Assembly: GCF_021028975.2 (NCBI RefSeq)
Contig: NC_059432.1
Span: 22,072,001 to 22,136,000 of the forward strand
Direction: 5' to 3'
Length of the DNA stretch: 64,000 nucleotides
Source of the DNA: Sphaerodactylus townsendi
Taxonomy: Eukaryota
Shown: one piece after another, positions 20,231-34,413 of the stretch
Layout of the letters: the number at the start of each line of letters is the position of its first letter
How positions within the stretch are numbered: the first letter of the stretch is position 1
The notes under the pieces: generated by a model
What the model was told of the DNA's origin: nothing
Database searches by the model: none
What the model saw: only the letters and a program-made list of their open reading frames with translations
Position numbers and translations under genes: made by a program

Positions 20231-22049
20231 CCCTGTTCTAGAACATCCCATAAGGACTTGACTGTAGGAACTGGGTGTTTGTTATGCCCTTTCCCTAGGC
20301 CCTTATGTGGCCCAGATGAGTACGAAATAGGGGAAATAGCACACATTACTTTTACAGCCATATTCTGGGGTTTACCTAAAATAGGCAAGTCAATTTTAGC
20401 ACTATTTCTGGTGTCTGTTTCTTTCTTCCAGCTTCCTCTCCATCCAGCATTCAGTTCCTTCCCATTGTTCCCTCTCCCCCTCAGTGTATTCCTCAGTTAT
20501 GAGAACTTTCCTGTCACAATTTGTTCACACAGTAATCACTTAGGTTGCAGCCAGGCAGTGCTGATCACCTTTGGACAGCTAGCTTTGTTCCCTCCTGTTG
20601 ACATTGGCACTATAAGTGCTGTTGGCAGTGAAGAGGTGTTTGGACCAAGTGTGATGCTTGCCACTTTTGATAATTATGGGGAATTCATTAGTGCAAACTG
20701 GGTGGGAGGCATTCAACAAGAAAGCATGACTTGAGAACTAAAGCCTCAGTACCTCATTATAGGCACTTTTGAAAAGTCTAGTATCACCTGGAGGATGAAT
20801 ACAAGACTGAAATTAAAGATGTAGTGTGAGAATAAGTGGAACCAACATCCGTGTCTGGAAGAATTAGTGCAGTGGCGCTAACTCTGCTGATTGTGGAGAG
20901 CAATATTTGCAAAACAATCACATTTATTGTTATTCCTGGCATGAAATCTCCCTCCTAGGGAGGCTTTCAGCTTACCTGTTCCTCCAACAGCAACTATTTC
21001 AAGGTGGGAACCATCTGGCAATGCAAACCCCCAGGCAAAGACCTTGCCCCTTTCCTGAAACTTGGGGCAAGTGATCAGGAGAGCCAAAAGTGGAGTGTCA
21101 GGGAGTCACATTACTCCGAAATCACTGACTCTTCTGGTTCTTATATCCATTGGAAATGCTTAATGATCCTATGCAAACTTTTGCTGCTTCTTTGGTGCCC
21201 ATGACTGCATGGAGAGTCTCTTGTGAACCAGACATGTGTGTTTTCACAGGTACATGATTTGTAGCATGTCCTTGGAGAAATTGAGCACCACCTTACCAGT
21301 GTGAGCTGACAGAAATCATGTCCAAGAGAAGACAGCAACAGGAAGTCATGGCTGATTGCTTCCTCTTATCTAGCCGGAACCCTGAATGGTTGGTTCACTT
21401 GTCTTGGGAGCTAGCCACTTATTTGCTACAAATAAATGTGGAGAAAAGCAAAATCCGCTCAAATATCAAAATATGAAGCTATTTGTAGTAATTACTCACC
21501 AAATGCTAAATAATAAAAACTAGCAATCAATAAGCTGCTAACAACCAATTTTGTCAACAGATTAAAGTGATAAATTCATCAGTGGAATGATTTACTATAA
21601 ATTATTTTACCTAGCTCTGTTAAATATATAGCTTCCCCCCCTCCTTCATTTTTATTAACTTCTTTACAGCTGCCGTGTTCAAAATGTCAGCAACTGGCAC
21701 ACAATAAATATTAATGGCCCATAAATTAAGGCATTACTCTACCTGACATCACACTATTTCTCCGGGGTCCAGTAGAAGAAACACAGGAGACTGTTTATCA
21801 AACAAGAATGGCCAACCTGCAAAAGAAAATCACATTTAAAAACACTTGATCTATCGAAATTTATGAATTATAGGAATAGAATGGTGTGTTTGTATGCTAC
21901 ATTTGCACAAATGCTGAGGAGGAAAGTATATGCCATTATGGCATATAAGTTCATTGAGAAGATGTATGTTGGCCAGGCAAAAATCCATGGTGCAATTTAG
22001 ACTTTAAACACAGAAAATGAAACTATTTGTGGGGAATTGTTTAGATTGT

Positions 22050-22185
22050 TGTGATCTGGATGGTGTCGTCTGGAAGTTAAGCAGAGTTAGCCCTGGTTAG
22101 TACTTGGATGGGAGACCACCAAGGAAGTCCAGGATTGCTACACAGAGGCACCACCTCTCAACATCTCTTACACTGAAAACCTTAC
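22050..22185 (+). mobile_element. 5S rRNA-derived SINE fragment
   Basis: GGAAGTTAAGCAGAGTTAGCCCTGGTTAGTACTTGGATGGGAGACCACC matches the 5S box A-C region. Confidence 0.8.
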
Positions 22186-22985
22186 AGCCCTTCTTGACCC
22201 TGCCCGCACAATGGGAATTTTGACATGGCATGGTGGGTGCAGCAACAAAATGGATGCCACAAAATGGCTGCCTCAGGAGATAGAGCCAACCACAAAACGA
22301 TTGTCATAGCTTATTTTCAGTAATACAATGCTACTGCCAAAGCAATGTTTAACAAAATCTGTACAACCAATCAAATCTCCTCCTATGGTGTGTATGGGGG
22401 TGGGGAGTGGGATAGGATTTCTCAGGCTGCTCAGGAAGGAGAGGGGTTGTAGTGAGTGCCATGGAACTGGCATAATGTGAACCCTTAGTGTGAGATTGTT
22501 CCAATTGATATGAACATCAAAGTTGGATGGTTTTTATATTATAGAGCTATTTCCAAACAAATGCTAGTATTATAGAGCTATTTCCAAACAAATTTCCAAA
22601 GGTGATTGAAGTTCAGTAGTCAAGTCCTTATGGGATGTTCTAGTTCAGGTAAAGATGGTAAGGGAATTTATTGTTAATCACATAATCAGTGATGAGACCA
22701 TGGGCATAGTTGTAGAAATTTAGCCCGGATAGTTCTGTGCCTTATGTTGTTACCATAAGCAATCACTGTCCACTTTTAAGTTGGGTGAATTAGCTAGAGA
22801 CAGGAGAAGGAGAGGGGATAGCTGGGATCAATAACCAGTGTATACCAGAATTATCTGGGTAGGAGCTCTTAAATGAGCAGGCAGTTGTACAATTTAGAGC
22901 TGAGTTTTATTTAAAAAATAAAAAACCAAGGAATATATTTTAAACAATAAACAATACACACACAAGAGATACAAGAGCTGACTAA

Positions 22986-23537
22986 AGCCGTTTCTGCATG
23001 GCGGCAGAAGCGGCTGTCCACTAGCATAATTAATGCTGGTTGAGCAATGGGACCATTCACAAGGTCTTGTGTGGATGGCCCCAAAGCTGCTGCGAACCGC
23101 AGAGGTGGCTCTGCATGGAGCCGCCTCCGGTCTGTGTGTGTTGTTTACCTTGTCTTCCCTCCAAGGCTCAAAAGGGAGGAAGTGACATGCCCACGCTGCC
23201 CTCTGACCCACGGGGGTTGGAGGGCAGCAAGGGCATGTCTCTTCTCCCTCTGGAGCCTCGGAGGGAAGACAAGGTAAACAACATACGCAATAGACAGCGT
23301 CTGAAAATGGCGCTCTCACACTGGTGCCCTTCGCACAGCGCCAGCAGGAAGACATCCCTTTCCAAACCCCATGCTCATGCAAATGCTGCTTTTGAAAGCA
23401 GAATTTTTGCACTGTTGTTGTGGGGGGGTAAGCATGGTGTTGCTGTGCTGCAGCAGCGGCAGTTGAATGAACAGCGCCCCAGGGACGGTGTTTTTACCCT
23501 CCCTAGGGAGCTGTTTTTGGGCCGTGCAGAAACGGCC
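22986..23537. mobile_element. PIF/Harbinger-type MITE
   Basis: TIR AGCCGTTTCTGCATGG / CCGTGCAGAAACGGCC; canonical Harbinger TSD TAA at 22983-22985 and 23538-23540. Confidence 0.85.
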
Positions 23538-24139
23538 TAAGAGAAATAGGGAGGAAGTTGGATAGGGGTTTTTTTTTGGGGGGGGGGGGGTTGATCATTA
23601 CTAGTCTTGAACGAATGTCCAGGAAAAACAGAGCACTTTGAGGAGCAAAAGAAAGAGCCCACACAGAAGTGGGGATACATGCACAGATCCAAAACACACA
23701 CACACTGAATGACCAAAGGACCAATATTTATACCCCAAATGAGTCCTGAGGCAATATGAGTCAAGTCAGCAGGAAAGCCAGAGACAAAGAATTGATTGCT
23801 TTTCCAGTGTTCCAGCAATAAGATCGGAGAAGCTTGATGAGTCATCAGGATTCAAGAGAATGCCTCTACTATTCTCCTGAATACTGATTAATTGTTGGGA
23901 TGGGTACAGTTTAGGGTAAATAAGGTCTGCTTGGAGCACTAATTAAATGACTTTCGGGTGAGACAATGGAGATTAACTGGCCATCTTGTCCAGCCAGATA
24001 CACCTTTAGGCCAGGGGAAAAGTTCAGCTGCTGACAGCTTTCCTGCCCAGGCTTGACACACAAGATGGATCCAAAAATTCCATTTTGTGCGGAGCAGTGT
24101 CTTATTCTTATGCCAGTCTTTGGTCCCCATGCCTTAGAG

Positions 24140-24325
24140 CTGTGGTTCTCAACCTGTGGGTCGTGACCCCTTTGGGTGTCGAACAACCCTTTCACAGGGG
24201 TCGCCTAAGAATCTCTGCATCAGTGTTCCCCATATGTAAAATGGATAAATGTTAGGGTTGGGGGTCACCACAACATGAGGAACTGTATCAAAGGGTCAGA
24301 GCATTAGGAAGGTTGAAAACCACTG
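24140..24325 (-). mobile_element. SPIN (Space Invader; URR1-like) hAT MITE
   Basis: TIR CTGTGGTTCTCAACC / GGTTGAAAACCACTG; perfect TSD CCTTAGAG (24132-24139, 24326-24333). The minus strand reads CAGTGGTTTTCAACCTTCCTAATGC...TACAGTTCCTCATGTTGTGGTGACCCCCAACC, which I recognise as the SPIN/URR1 end. Confidence 0.85.
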
Positions 24326-24454
24326 CCTTAGAGGGAGAAGGAGTCTGATAACTTACTATGTGTGGCTGTAGGGAAAGAGAAAGGGCCCATTTGCATGTTA
24401 ATACAGTGACCAACTGAATCCCTTCTGACTGATGAATCTGCCTGTAGATCCCAG

Positions 24455-24635
24455 GGCACTTAGATGTCAAAGATTAACACCAGCATCTTGAATTGGGCCC
24501 TGAAGCAAGCAGATCCACTGAGGTGGAGCAGATCAGACTGAATATGAGCATGCCCCTTGTCACCACCCAGAATTGTGCAGCTGTGTTTTGTACCAAAATG
24601 AAGTTTTTGACTCACAATTTTATGTACTCTGCAGC
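24455..24635 (-). mobile_element. L2 LINE ORF2 fragment
   Basis: Minus translation LLHLSGSACFRAQFKMLVLIF resembles the L2 LHWLP-x3-R-x2-FK-x-L-x-L motif. Confidence 0.55.
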
Positions 24636-27600
24636 AAGACATTAGTGGGGAAAGAAGAAAATTCCCAGCCTTTATTGACTATTGTTGTATTAACTTAGTA
24701 AGGAACTGTGGGGTTTTTTGTCATATGAAGAGGTCAAGGGAGATATTAAATTTCTTTTAATGCCATCAACAGGAAGCATTCAGCGTGCAGGCAAACAGCT
24801 ATGGTTTTGAGTTATGGGGAAAGATGAACATTAATAAGTGGGGAGGAGGTCAAGGAACTTGTTGTAGGAGGTGTTTTTCTATTCTGCCAGCATTTGTCAC
24901 CAGATGTCAGCCCTCAAATAAATCTTGCTTTGAGAAATGGTTTTTAAGACTTACTTATATCTGACAGCTGTAAATGTCCCTTGTGAACTATGAAAAAGCA
25001 ATCTCAATCCAGCTGCTTGTGTTTAGGGTGACACAAAATGAAAAGTGCTGTACATGACACAACCTTTTTTTCTAATAGGTTTTACAAACAGTAAACAGCT
25101 GTATAGTCATAGGGTTTGATATTTTGTTTCTCTAATTGACTAGGTAGTAGCTTTTCCTTGAGCTAAGCATAAAATTAATGGTAGAATAAAGTCCTTTTCT
25201 TGGTAGCCACTGGTTGCAGAATAAAAATACAATTAAGGAATAAACAGCATGTTACAGAGCAGTGGTTTTCAAAGTTTGTCAGGGATTCTTTGATGTGAAT
25301 GTTAGTAACGCCGCGCACCTAGACAAATTTCAAAATACCGCAGCACCCATTCCGGCAAATGCCTTTATTAAAGGACCAATCAAAATACTACAAAGCAGTA
25401 TGGAAGCTTTTGAATTTGTCAGAACACTTCGTTGGGATGGTACAGGGCATACTGGGTGTGCTGCCAGCAGGTGTCAGCTAAGGCATGGTTAGATAGTCCA
25501 AGGTCAAGGCAGATGGCAAGCAAAGGCATAGTCAGACAGTCCAGAGCCAATACAGACAGGCGTGCGTGCATGCGTGCGTGATGTCAGGCAACCGGAGTTC
25601 AGAGAAGCTGAGGAAGACCAGGTGCCTGGAGCTTCCCAGTGAAGCACACGTTGCGCCCAGGCAAGACAGGGCTTAAGTAGGATGCCCCTGTTATTGCGGC
25701 CAGGCCCTCTGCGAATATGTAGTCCACTACGTATGCAGGTGTCTCTAGTTCACAGAGCCTTCTACCATACTGAACAGCAATACATGCACTTCTTTTACAC
25801 TGTAGCTGCAGCCTCTTGTTTCCTTTGTGCAGCTGACTCATTACTGAGCTCATCTGAGGTTCCTGAAGACTTTCCCCACTGCAGAGCATCAGGCTCTGCC
25901 TCAGCGGGCAGGAAAGGCTTGGAGCTGCCTCTGCTGTCTGCATCTCCTTGCGAAAAACCAGCTGTGAATCCACAGTGTCTTCAGGCTCTAGGTCAGAAGC
26001 CTCAACACTTGGGGACCAGCTAATGACTGGGAGACTTCCAGTGTCTGCAGCTTCAAAAGGTAGTACAGGATATATTGCAGACTAAATTTGATTATGTAGC
26101 GTTATGTACCCAAAGCTGAGCCAGTATCAGGGCTGAAACTGTAGACTCAGGGTGATTTTCACCATAGTCAAACCATGGTTCTCATAATTGTTTATGCACT
26201 GAGTTCTGCAGAACTCAGAAGTGTAACATTGTATGCTATACATGTGACGTGTTGCTCTTTTGCGATGTTTTGGTTGCTCCTAATGAAAAGAAGGCTATGA
26301 TATTTGCTTTAGGTCCCTGATGGCCGGCAAGCTTTTTGAAACACAGCTTGCCCACCATGATTGATCATCCCTTAAAATGCATGACTACTGAGCTGCTATA
26401 GTGGCATCTTAGGAACTTATGGAGAACAATAGTAAGTGCCAGTTGGCCTGCCTAGTCTCTCACGCAGTCTGACGGTGTTGATAATCCCCATTGCCAGAAG
26501 TACTGAATATTTACTCTGTTGGCTGCATATATATTTAGAATCCTAGAGTGATAATGGCAGTCAAGCTACATATAATCAGCTTAAAGCTTACTTTACCGAG
26601 ACACTTACAGAGCAATCCTATGCAGAATTACTCAGTCTAAGTATCTTGATTGGGATGGTTAACTGCACTGGCCTGAACCATTATTGTCTTTATGGCATAA
26701 TTGATCCTTTTATATGTACAACTGGGTTGCATCTGTATTGTGGAATTCAGAACAGTTTTTTGCTTTAGGGCATGTAGGTCATCTGTTTGGACATGTGAAT
26801 AGATCAGCTTGCTGGAATGAAACACACAAACTTGAGACTTCTTTTCTTTTCTGTCTTTTGTAATATACATTATAAACCTTCTGATAAGGTTTCTGTTTAA
26901 TCTTTTCTCTTGTTCCTGATTGTTGTTTTTAAGAGCTTAAAAATTAAAGTATAATGACAGACCTGAACTCTGTCCAAATCCATATTGTTTTTACATCAGG
27001 GAAATGTTGTGTAGTAAGGCATATTACCATAATTGGGAGGCCTCAGCATGGAGGGACCTGGATCCATACCCCCTTGCTTGTTGTTGTAACCCTTGGCAGC
27101 TGTACTGTCTGTAGCAATGAGCAGATGTGTTCCAGAGACTGTGACTGTAAGAAATGCAAAGCCTTACCAGACCACTCTGATTTCCAACAGATTTATATGC
27201 ATGTTAGACTTACTCTCCAAGTAATGACCCCAAACTTGCAGGGAGTTACAAAAAGCTCCCCAATCCATTATGGAAGCATGAGTATGTAGATAGTGAGGTA
27301 ATAAGGAAAAGTTCCCCATGGAACATCTTTTAACAAATTGTCTGGGAGAATGCACCAGTTGGGTGACCTAATAAACTGTTCTGCTACTGAGAGCTTATAA
27401 CACTGAGAATCAATGTTTGGTCTAAAATTATGAAGGAACCAATTTTGCAAATGCCTCAAGTTCAGTCTGTAGAACAACAGAGGTATAGAGGCATAAAACC
27501 CAGGAATTTTTGGATGCAAATGGCCCTTTGAAATCTATTAGAAAAGACAGGGACTAAAGACTGTATGGCCTTGAACTATGTAATGGATAAGATAACCATT

Positions 27601-28774
27601 TGTGAACCATTTGTGAAAGGGAACCCAACACTGCCCCGATAAACTCTACATTCTGTGTAGGTTCTAAATGAGATTTTTCAGTGTTAATTAACAAACCCAG
27701 GTTAGTCAGTCAGCCTCTGCAAGGCAAAGGCCAAATTGCGCTCCAATGATATGTAGGAAAGAGCTACAAATACTCTCCTAGACAGCTTAACATTTCACCA
27801 TCAGAAAGGGTACTACAGCTGACATATATGTTGTAAAGTTGCAAGGGGTGGTAGCCAATCCCCACAGGGGGCTCTCTGAACAGTTCTAAAAAAGGCCACA
27901 CAATTTTTGGATTCCAGATGGTTGTAACCCGTTCTCTCTCCTGGCTATAGTAATAGAACCAAGATAGGTAATAATAGGAGTTACAAAGAACTGGTGCTCC
28001 ACAGTGGTTGTTGGGGGTGGGGGTGGGGGTGGGGATGGGCAGAAGCATTTTAATAGCCTGGGCGTCCCTGCTTACCATTTACCTCATTGTGGAGAGAGAG
28101 AAAGCATCTCTTGGATATTTTTCTGAAAAGCCCATGCTTCAATTTAGAATGCATTCAATGAAAAACTATTTTCTTTCCCTTAAAAGCCTCAAAGAATGTT
28201 ATTGTTGCTGCTGTCTGAGGGAATTGTCCTGCCAGCTGGATACTTGATAACTCGAAAGAGTCCAAGTACACCTTATTAATCTTACCTTTTAGTTAAGCAA
28301 ACTATTCTCCCAGCTAGAGCCATTGAGAGTTTGATGAGCCGGGGAAGAGGTGAAAGTCAGGATTCCTTTGTGTTTGATTTCATATCGTTAGTGATTTTCA
28401 CACATTTTGATCTCACCAATCTCAGCTGAAAGGAACTGCTTATGGATGTCAAACACAGTTTCGCAGCTTTTGCTTGAAAACCGATATTGCTGCTTTTCAG
28501 AACTGCATGCTCTAAGCAAATTAGCACTCTGCTGTCCTTTTCAGTGCACAGAAAAAGGAGAGGTCATTACAAAACCATCTTCTGATTTCAATGTTCTTAC
28601 CCTCAGGAGCACTTTGAGATCTTGAGCTCTTCCCTGTAGTTTACCATCCCATCAGATAAGCTGAATGTACTTTGATGACTGGCTAGGCTCCTAGATTTAA
28701 GGCTGCCAGGTTGCAAACAACAGATTCTGGTTGAGATTAAATTGATTCTGTACATGTCCTTAACTTTTCTTTTT

Positions 28775-28912
28775 TGCCATCATGTCGCAGCTGATTTATG
28801 GCAACCCTGTAGGGTTTTTTAATCCAGAGATCTTCAGAGGTGGTTTGCCTTTGCTTGCTCCTAGTCACAATCCTAGGATTCCTTGGAGGTCTCCCATTCA
28901 AATATTAGGCAC
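28775..28912 (-). mobile_element. 5S-derived SINE fragment
   Basis: Homologous to 11845-12062 (CAGCTGATTTATGGCAACCC...TTCAGAGGTGGTTTGCC...GGTCTCCCATTCAAATATT). Confidence 0.7.
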
Positions 28913-29039
28913 GGTCAGGGCTAAGAGTGTGCAACTGGCCCAAACTTACATGCTCCAGGTTCTAGTGTGACACCTGAACCATTATACTCTGCTGACTCTC
29001 TACCAAGGATCTATTGAATGTATCCAGCCAGCTCAGTTT

Positions 29040-30385
29040 CCCTAGGTCTCAACGAAGAGTTCACTTTGAACTGGTTGGCCTTGTTTCTCCTGGGCTGGGA
29101 ACAGCAAGTATCACTCAGGGAGGGGATGCCTCAGTGACACCCACTTAATTGTGGGGTGCCGCAGTGAGCTCTCCTCTCCCCAATGATGTTTTACATCCCT
29201 ATGCAACACCTGGCACCACTGGTCCAGAGCTTTGGGCTGGGTTGTCACCAATATGCTGATGACACCCAACTTGTTTTGTTGATGGAGGGCCGGCTGGCCA
29301 CAGCCCCAGACGTTCTGATGCAATATCTGCAGGCCATTGTGGGATGACTGAGGAAGAGTAGGCTGAGGCTAAATCAATCAAAGATGAAGGATTCTGTAGT
29401 TACCTCTGGAGAGAGATGCCAGAGGGTTTTCAACTGCATCCTCTGTCAAAAGCCTGGGTGTGACCTTGGAATCCTCCCTATCAATGGAGGCCCAGGTCAC
29501 CCACACAGCAGGAATGATGTTTTTCCTCCTTCAACAGGCCTGGCAGTTGGCCCCCTACCTCTTCTATCCAATGTACCCAAAGTGATCCATGTGACTGTCA
29601 CCTTCAGGCTAGATTACTGTAACTCATTGTATGCTGGCCTATTCTTGAGATTGATCTGGAAGTTAAAGCTGGTTCAACACATAGCAACCAGGCTCATCAC
29701 TAGAACTTCAGTGAGGGAGCATATTACTACCATCTTACATTGGCTGCTCTGGTTGCCAGTTGAATTCCAGGTCATGTTCAAGGTGTTAGTTTTGACTTTC
29801 ATGGCCTTGAGCAGTCTGGGACACTCATATCTTCAGGACCACATTTCCCCATATTTCCCACAGAGGTTACTCCATTCCTCCAATGGAAATCTGCTGGTGG
29901 TCCCCAGCCCTAAGGATGGTCTCAACCAGAGCCAGGGCTTTTTCAGCCCTGGCTCCAGCCTTGGGGAACTTTCCTTCTGCTAACACCAGGGCCCTCAGGA
30001 TCTTACTCAATTCTGCAGGGCTAGGAAGACAGATGTTCTTCTGGGCTTTTGGCTGAGACCATCCATCAACATTGTATCATTCTGCTGGCCTCCCGACCAC
30101 TTATCACCATCTATAATTGGACCATTGAGTGATAGACCCCTTTTGTTCTGTGTTCAAACAGTGTGCCTCCCTCTTCCTGTTCACAACTTACTCTCCCCAC
30201 TCATCTTTTTGTGATTTAGATAATGGGGATTTTATAGGCTGAATTGATATGTTTATTGCCATCAAGGAAGCAATTTAGATCTTAATACTTTAATTGGATT
30301 TTAATGTTTACATCTTACGTTGTGTTTTATTGTCTGTAAGCTGCCCTGAGCCTGGCTGTGGCCAGGAATGGGTGGGGTATAAACA
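29040..30385 (+). mobile_element. L2-clade LINE, 5'-truncated ORF2 plus 3' end
   Basis: CGVPQ (~29150), HQYADDTQL (~29247), RLDYCNSLYAGL, LWLPVEFQVMFKVLVLTF; 3' end TGTAAGCTGCCCTGAGCC...GGGGTATAAA. Confidence 0.85.
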
Positions 30386-30801
30386 TAATTTTAAAAAATC
30401 AGATCTTTGTGATTTGAGATCACAGATTCACAGAGTTTGGGATACTTGTTTTAAGTTTTGAAGGCTGCAAAAAGGCTCAGCCCAAACTTTCTGTCGGCCT
30501 ACTGTCACTTGGAATCACCCTGCCTGTGGCACCAAAGACTTCACTATGGAATGTACATGAGCTTCCAGCATAACGACCCTGAATGGCATGCAACAGAGAA
30601 TCCTGTTCTCATTTAAAATGTCCTCTTACATTTTGAGAACACTTCAAGTTCTAGCATACACTTGAAATACGTCTAGTAGGAAACATTCCAGGCATACATG
30701 AACACTGAGGGTCTGCCCACCAAAAGCACGAGAACCTAATGAACGCTATATGACAACTCACCCAACTCCAGTCAATTTTCATAGCTTTTCATGTTCTAGA
30801 G

Positions 30802-30970
30802 CAGGGATCTGCAACCTGCGGCTCTCCTGCATGCCCAAGGACTCCAGCTCCCATCAGCCCTTAAGTCTGCACAGCCAGTTGGAAGGCTGGTGCGGATGGC
30901 TTGAAGGGCCAGAAAGTGATGGATTCTGTAGTCCTTAAACATCTGGAGAGCCGCAGGTTGCAGACCCCTG
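30802..30970. mobile_element. hAT-like MITE
   Basis: 26-bp TIR CAGGGATCTGCAACCTGCGGCTCTCC / GGAGAGCCGCAGGTTGCAGACCCCTG with 1 mismatch. Confidence 0.8.
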
Positions 30971-33511
30971 CTTTTCCAGAGTTTCATCTGTCCGGTTGCA
31001 AGCCCCAGCAACACAGGCCTATTAAATCAGTGTTCATTTCAAAATTCCCTCTGTATGCAACAGGAGAGAGCCTCTGCACCAAATGGTGAAAAGTGTTCAT
31101 AAGGCAAGACTGGATGATTGCCTCAGGGCTCTGTGTCCCAGATATTTACCTCCAGGGGACAGTTGCTGCAGGCATCTACAAGCTGCAGGTATTGTACTAT
31201 ACCTTTTATTGAAAACCTCTCTCTAATTGGATGAAAAGCCTGATTACCGTGTGTTTTGAATCCCTTTACCATGTAGTGACTCATTCCTACCATTGGGAAT
31301 GCTGAGAGCCCATCCCTAATTGCCTCAGAGAGCACAGGAGAGCTCCAGAGTGACAGCTTATGTATATAGTTGAACATGATCACAGGTTTTTTTGAAATCC
31401 ATCCTATTTCTTTGTTTAATAAGAAGGCTGGCAAGGCCAGTTGTGAGTGAAAATTGCCAAGCAGCCTAATACAACGGATGGAGAGTGACTGAAGTCTCAT
31501 TAGCATCTTAAATTTCATACCCTAGGAGAAGCTTGACTGCACCCCATGCACATACGATGTACTAAAAAGTATGCAAAATACAATGTATTAAAAATTATGC
31601 AAAAGGCATAAAATGTAGAACATGCATATAATGATGCCAATTGCTTTCCAATCACAATGTGATGTCGTGCAGCCCAGAAATATGGAAACCCTGCACGGTT
31701 TTGGGGCTTCTGCCTTTTGTTAGTGGCTTATTTGACATCTGTCAAATTAACAATTAAAACTTCTCACTCTTGGCATGGATTATTGGGAGCGTTGGGGCCA
31801 AGCCCTGATCCTGGTAAGCAAATCTGTGTTAACCCAGTTGGGCGGGGGGGGGGGGCAATAATGTGTCCTGCAACAGAACCCAAATATCTTAGCCATGCCA
31901 CTATTATGCAGCTCTTATTTTTGCGAAGTGTCAGGCAATCATTGAAAAGTACTTGATTAAATCTAAACCAAAACATTTTAAAAAAGTATTTCACAAGCTC
32001 TACTTGTGCTATGAGGTGCAAATTCCAATTACCAGCCTTCACAGATCAAATAAAGAGTAACAAAGATGTGACCACTTTTGTGTATCGCCACTCCATCACA
32101 AAGGTTGTCTTTGTAGCTGATTCTATTTCATTGAATGACTTGATCCAATCTGTAATATTGCAGCTGTCCATTGGGCTCAATAGATTGCCAAATCTTGATG
32201 AGCTCTGAGGTTCCAACCGACTTTGATTAAATGGCTCAAACTGTCCTTCTCCTGGTATTTTTACACAGTGCGGAGCAAGAAAACAATTTCCCAGGTTTGC
32301 TTTTCTGGACAGTTAGATTGGAAGCTGTCCTCACTTTAAGTTACTGTACAGAGGCATGTATTGTTAGGTGTTTAATAAACAGCAGATTGGATCCAAATTA
32401 TCATGAGCCTCTCCACATTATGTTCTTGTGGGTCAGGGGACCCTCAAAGATAGAATGGAAGGTAAAGTAAGAATCTGCAGTGAGGGGAAGAAATTAGCAA
32501 AACTTGTTTCCCCTCCATCAATTTAGATGCCATTCCACAGGTGTAATTACCACTGTGCTGACAGGACAATATCTTTGCATCCAACCCAGATTAGAGCAGA
32601 TGTTGCAGTGTGGGGTAGAGAAGAAAATTTCAGCAAAATGAAGAAGATATGGCTTAACTTTAGAGCAAGCCTTTATTAGCATAGACAACAGTACAACAAT
32701 AATAAAAACAGATTTAAAAGCATATACAAGAAGATATGGGATATATTAAGAAACAAAATGGATATATGGGATATATTAAGATATGGGATATATTAAGAAA
32801 CAACTTTTTTCTTGCTACAGTTTTCATTCTATCCTTCTAAGCAGCTTGAGTTGGCCCACATGGTTCTCCATTTCACAGTTTACCGTTTCAACAATTTTGT
32901 GTAATCAATTAGGTATAGACAGATTGCCGAAGTTCACCCAGTAAGCTTTATGTTTAAACAGGGGTTACAAGGGCTGGTCAATGGAACCTTCAGCATTTGC
33001 CCGAAAATTTATCTGCAAAAGACATGCAACTGTTTCGAATCAATACTCTGTGACAGAAAGTTCCACGAGTTGACCAAATTTTGTTAAATTTCTAATATAA
33101 TGTTCAGTAACTGGAGGACCTAGTAGCCTAGTCACATATCCTCTAAAGCTGCCAGTTTCTACAAGGGAACTTATCTCTTTAACTTGAAGATCAGTTGTAA
33201 TGTTGAGCAATCTCCAGGCCACATTGGAAGGATGGGAACCTTAATTGGCACTATAGTCCAGCACACGACAGCCTCTTGTGATCAGTGAATGTGCAAAGGG
33301 TGGGGGGAACAAGTGTGAGTGTGCTGGCCCTGCCCCTGTCTCTGTGTGATACCCTGGTTGTCTCAAGGTGTGACAGTGCAGAGGTAGAACTTGTTGATAT
33401 GCCCCCTTCCAATGATGAGCAACATTGTTTTCCAAATGTCACTGATCATGGGGAGAGAGAATTCTTCCCTACAGTCATCACCCTAGGGACTGGAGTTAGT
33501 GTGCTCACCCC

Positions 33512-33677
33512 CAGCAGCATAGCACCAACGGGGCAAGGTGTGTGTGCGACACCCTGGGCATGTGCTGCAGCAAGGGTGTGGCAGGGGCATGGCATGGTGG
33601 GCCGGATGGGCGGCACTGCAGAAGGGGCTCAGGGCATGTGTGCACCCTGGGGGCAGTTTCCGCTCACGCCGCCTCTG
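33512..33677. mobile_element. hAT MITE
   Basis: CAG...CTG termini; TSD CTCACCCC / CTCACCTC (7/8); homologous to 47537-47724. Confidence 0.7.
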
Positions 33678-34413
33678 CTCACCTCTGCTTCTCCCTCTTC
33701 ATATGTTCAGTGAACACCTGGGACTGTTGTGTGTTCCTTGCTACTGTGGACACCTAATGCAGAACTCTGACCTTAAATGAAATGTTATTAGAATCTGTGG
33801 ATGTCTTTTAATTAACTGCTGGCATTATCTACATGTGAACTGATTATGAACTATGTCATCTGGTTAATATTAGCCTCCCCTGCTGATTTTTTTAAAAAAG
33901 AATTGAGTTGGCAGTGTGGCATTTCTCTCATCCTTGGTCTGAAGGAGCAGCAACAGTTCCTGTTAATCCTAAATAAAGGAAATGAAACTTTTTCAGTGTG
34001 GAATTGACTTTCACTGAACTAGGAGTCTGTTTGTTACATAAGAGTATTTTTTGCTAAACTAAGATTTTACATAATGATGAATTGTAAAATGAGGACACAT
34101 GCAACAAGTAATTGAACTGGTCAGTAATACAAAATAAGGTGGATCTTCAGTGCACTTTCAGCCATTATTTCAAACAGGTTTAATGACACAGAGAGGGAAA
34201 AATACATATCATCTTCTTGATACATCCTTGTGCTGTGTATTCAGCCCTATGGTTGAGAAATATAAAAGCTTTCTGTCCTTAATTATTCCTCTTTACAAGT
34301 GGTTTACAAAAAGCAACATATTCTAATCTTGTTTAGATAGAAAAACCTTTGTGTGTAGTAATTTTGTAACAGAAAATATAATTTTCTGCCCATTATTTAA
34401 AAAAGTTGACTTA

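Noticed and set aside
20970-21065. Possible 79-nt minus-strand exon (tttcag ... CAG|gtaagc)
   Set aside because: The translation matches nothing I recognise and the polypyrimidine tract is weak.
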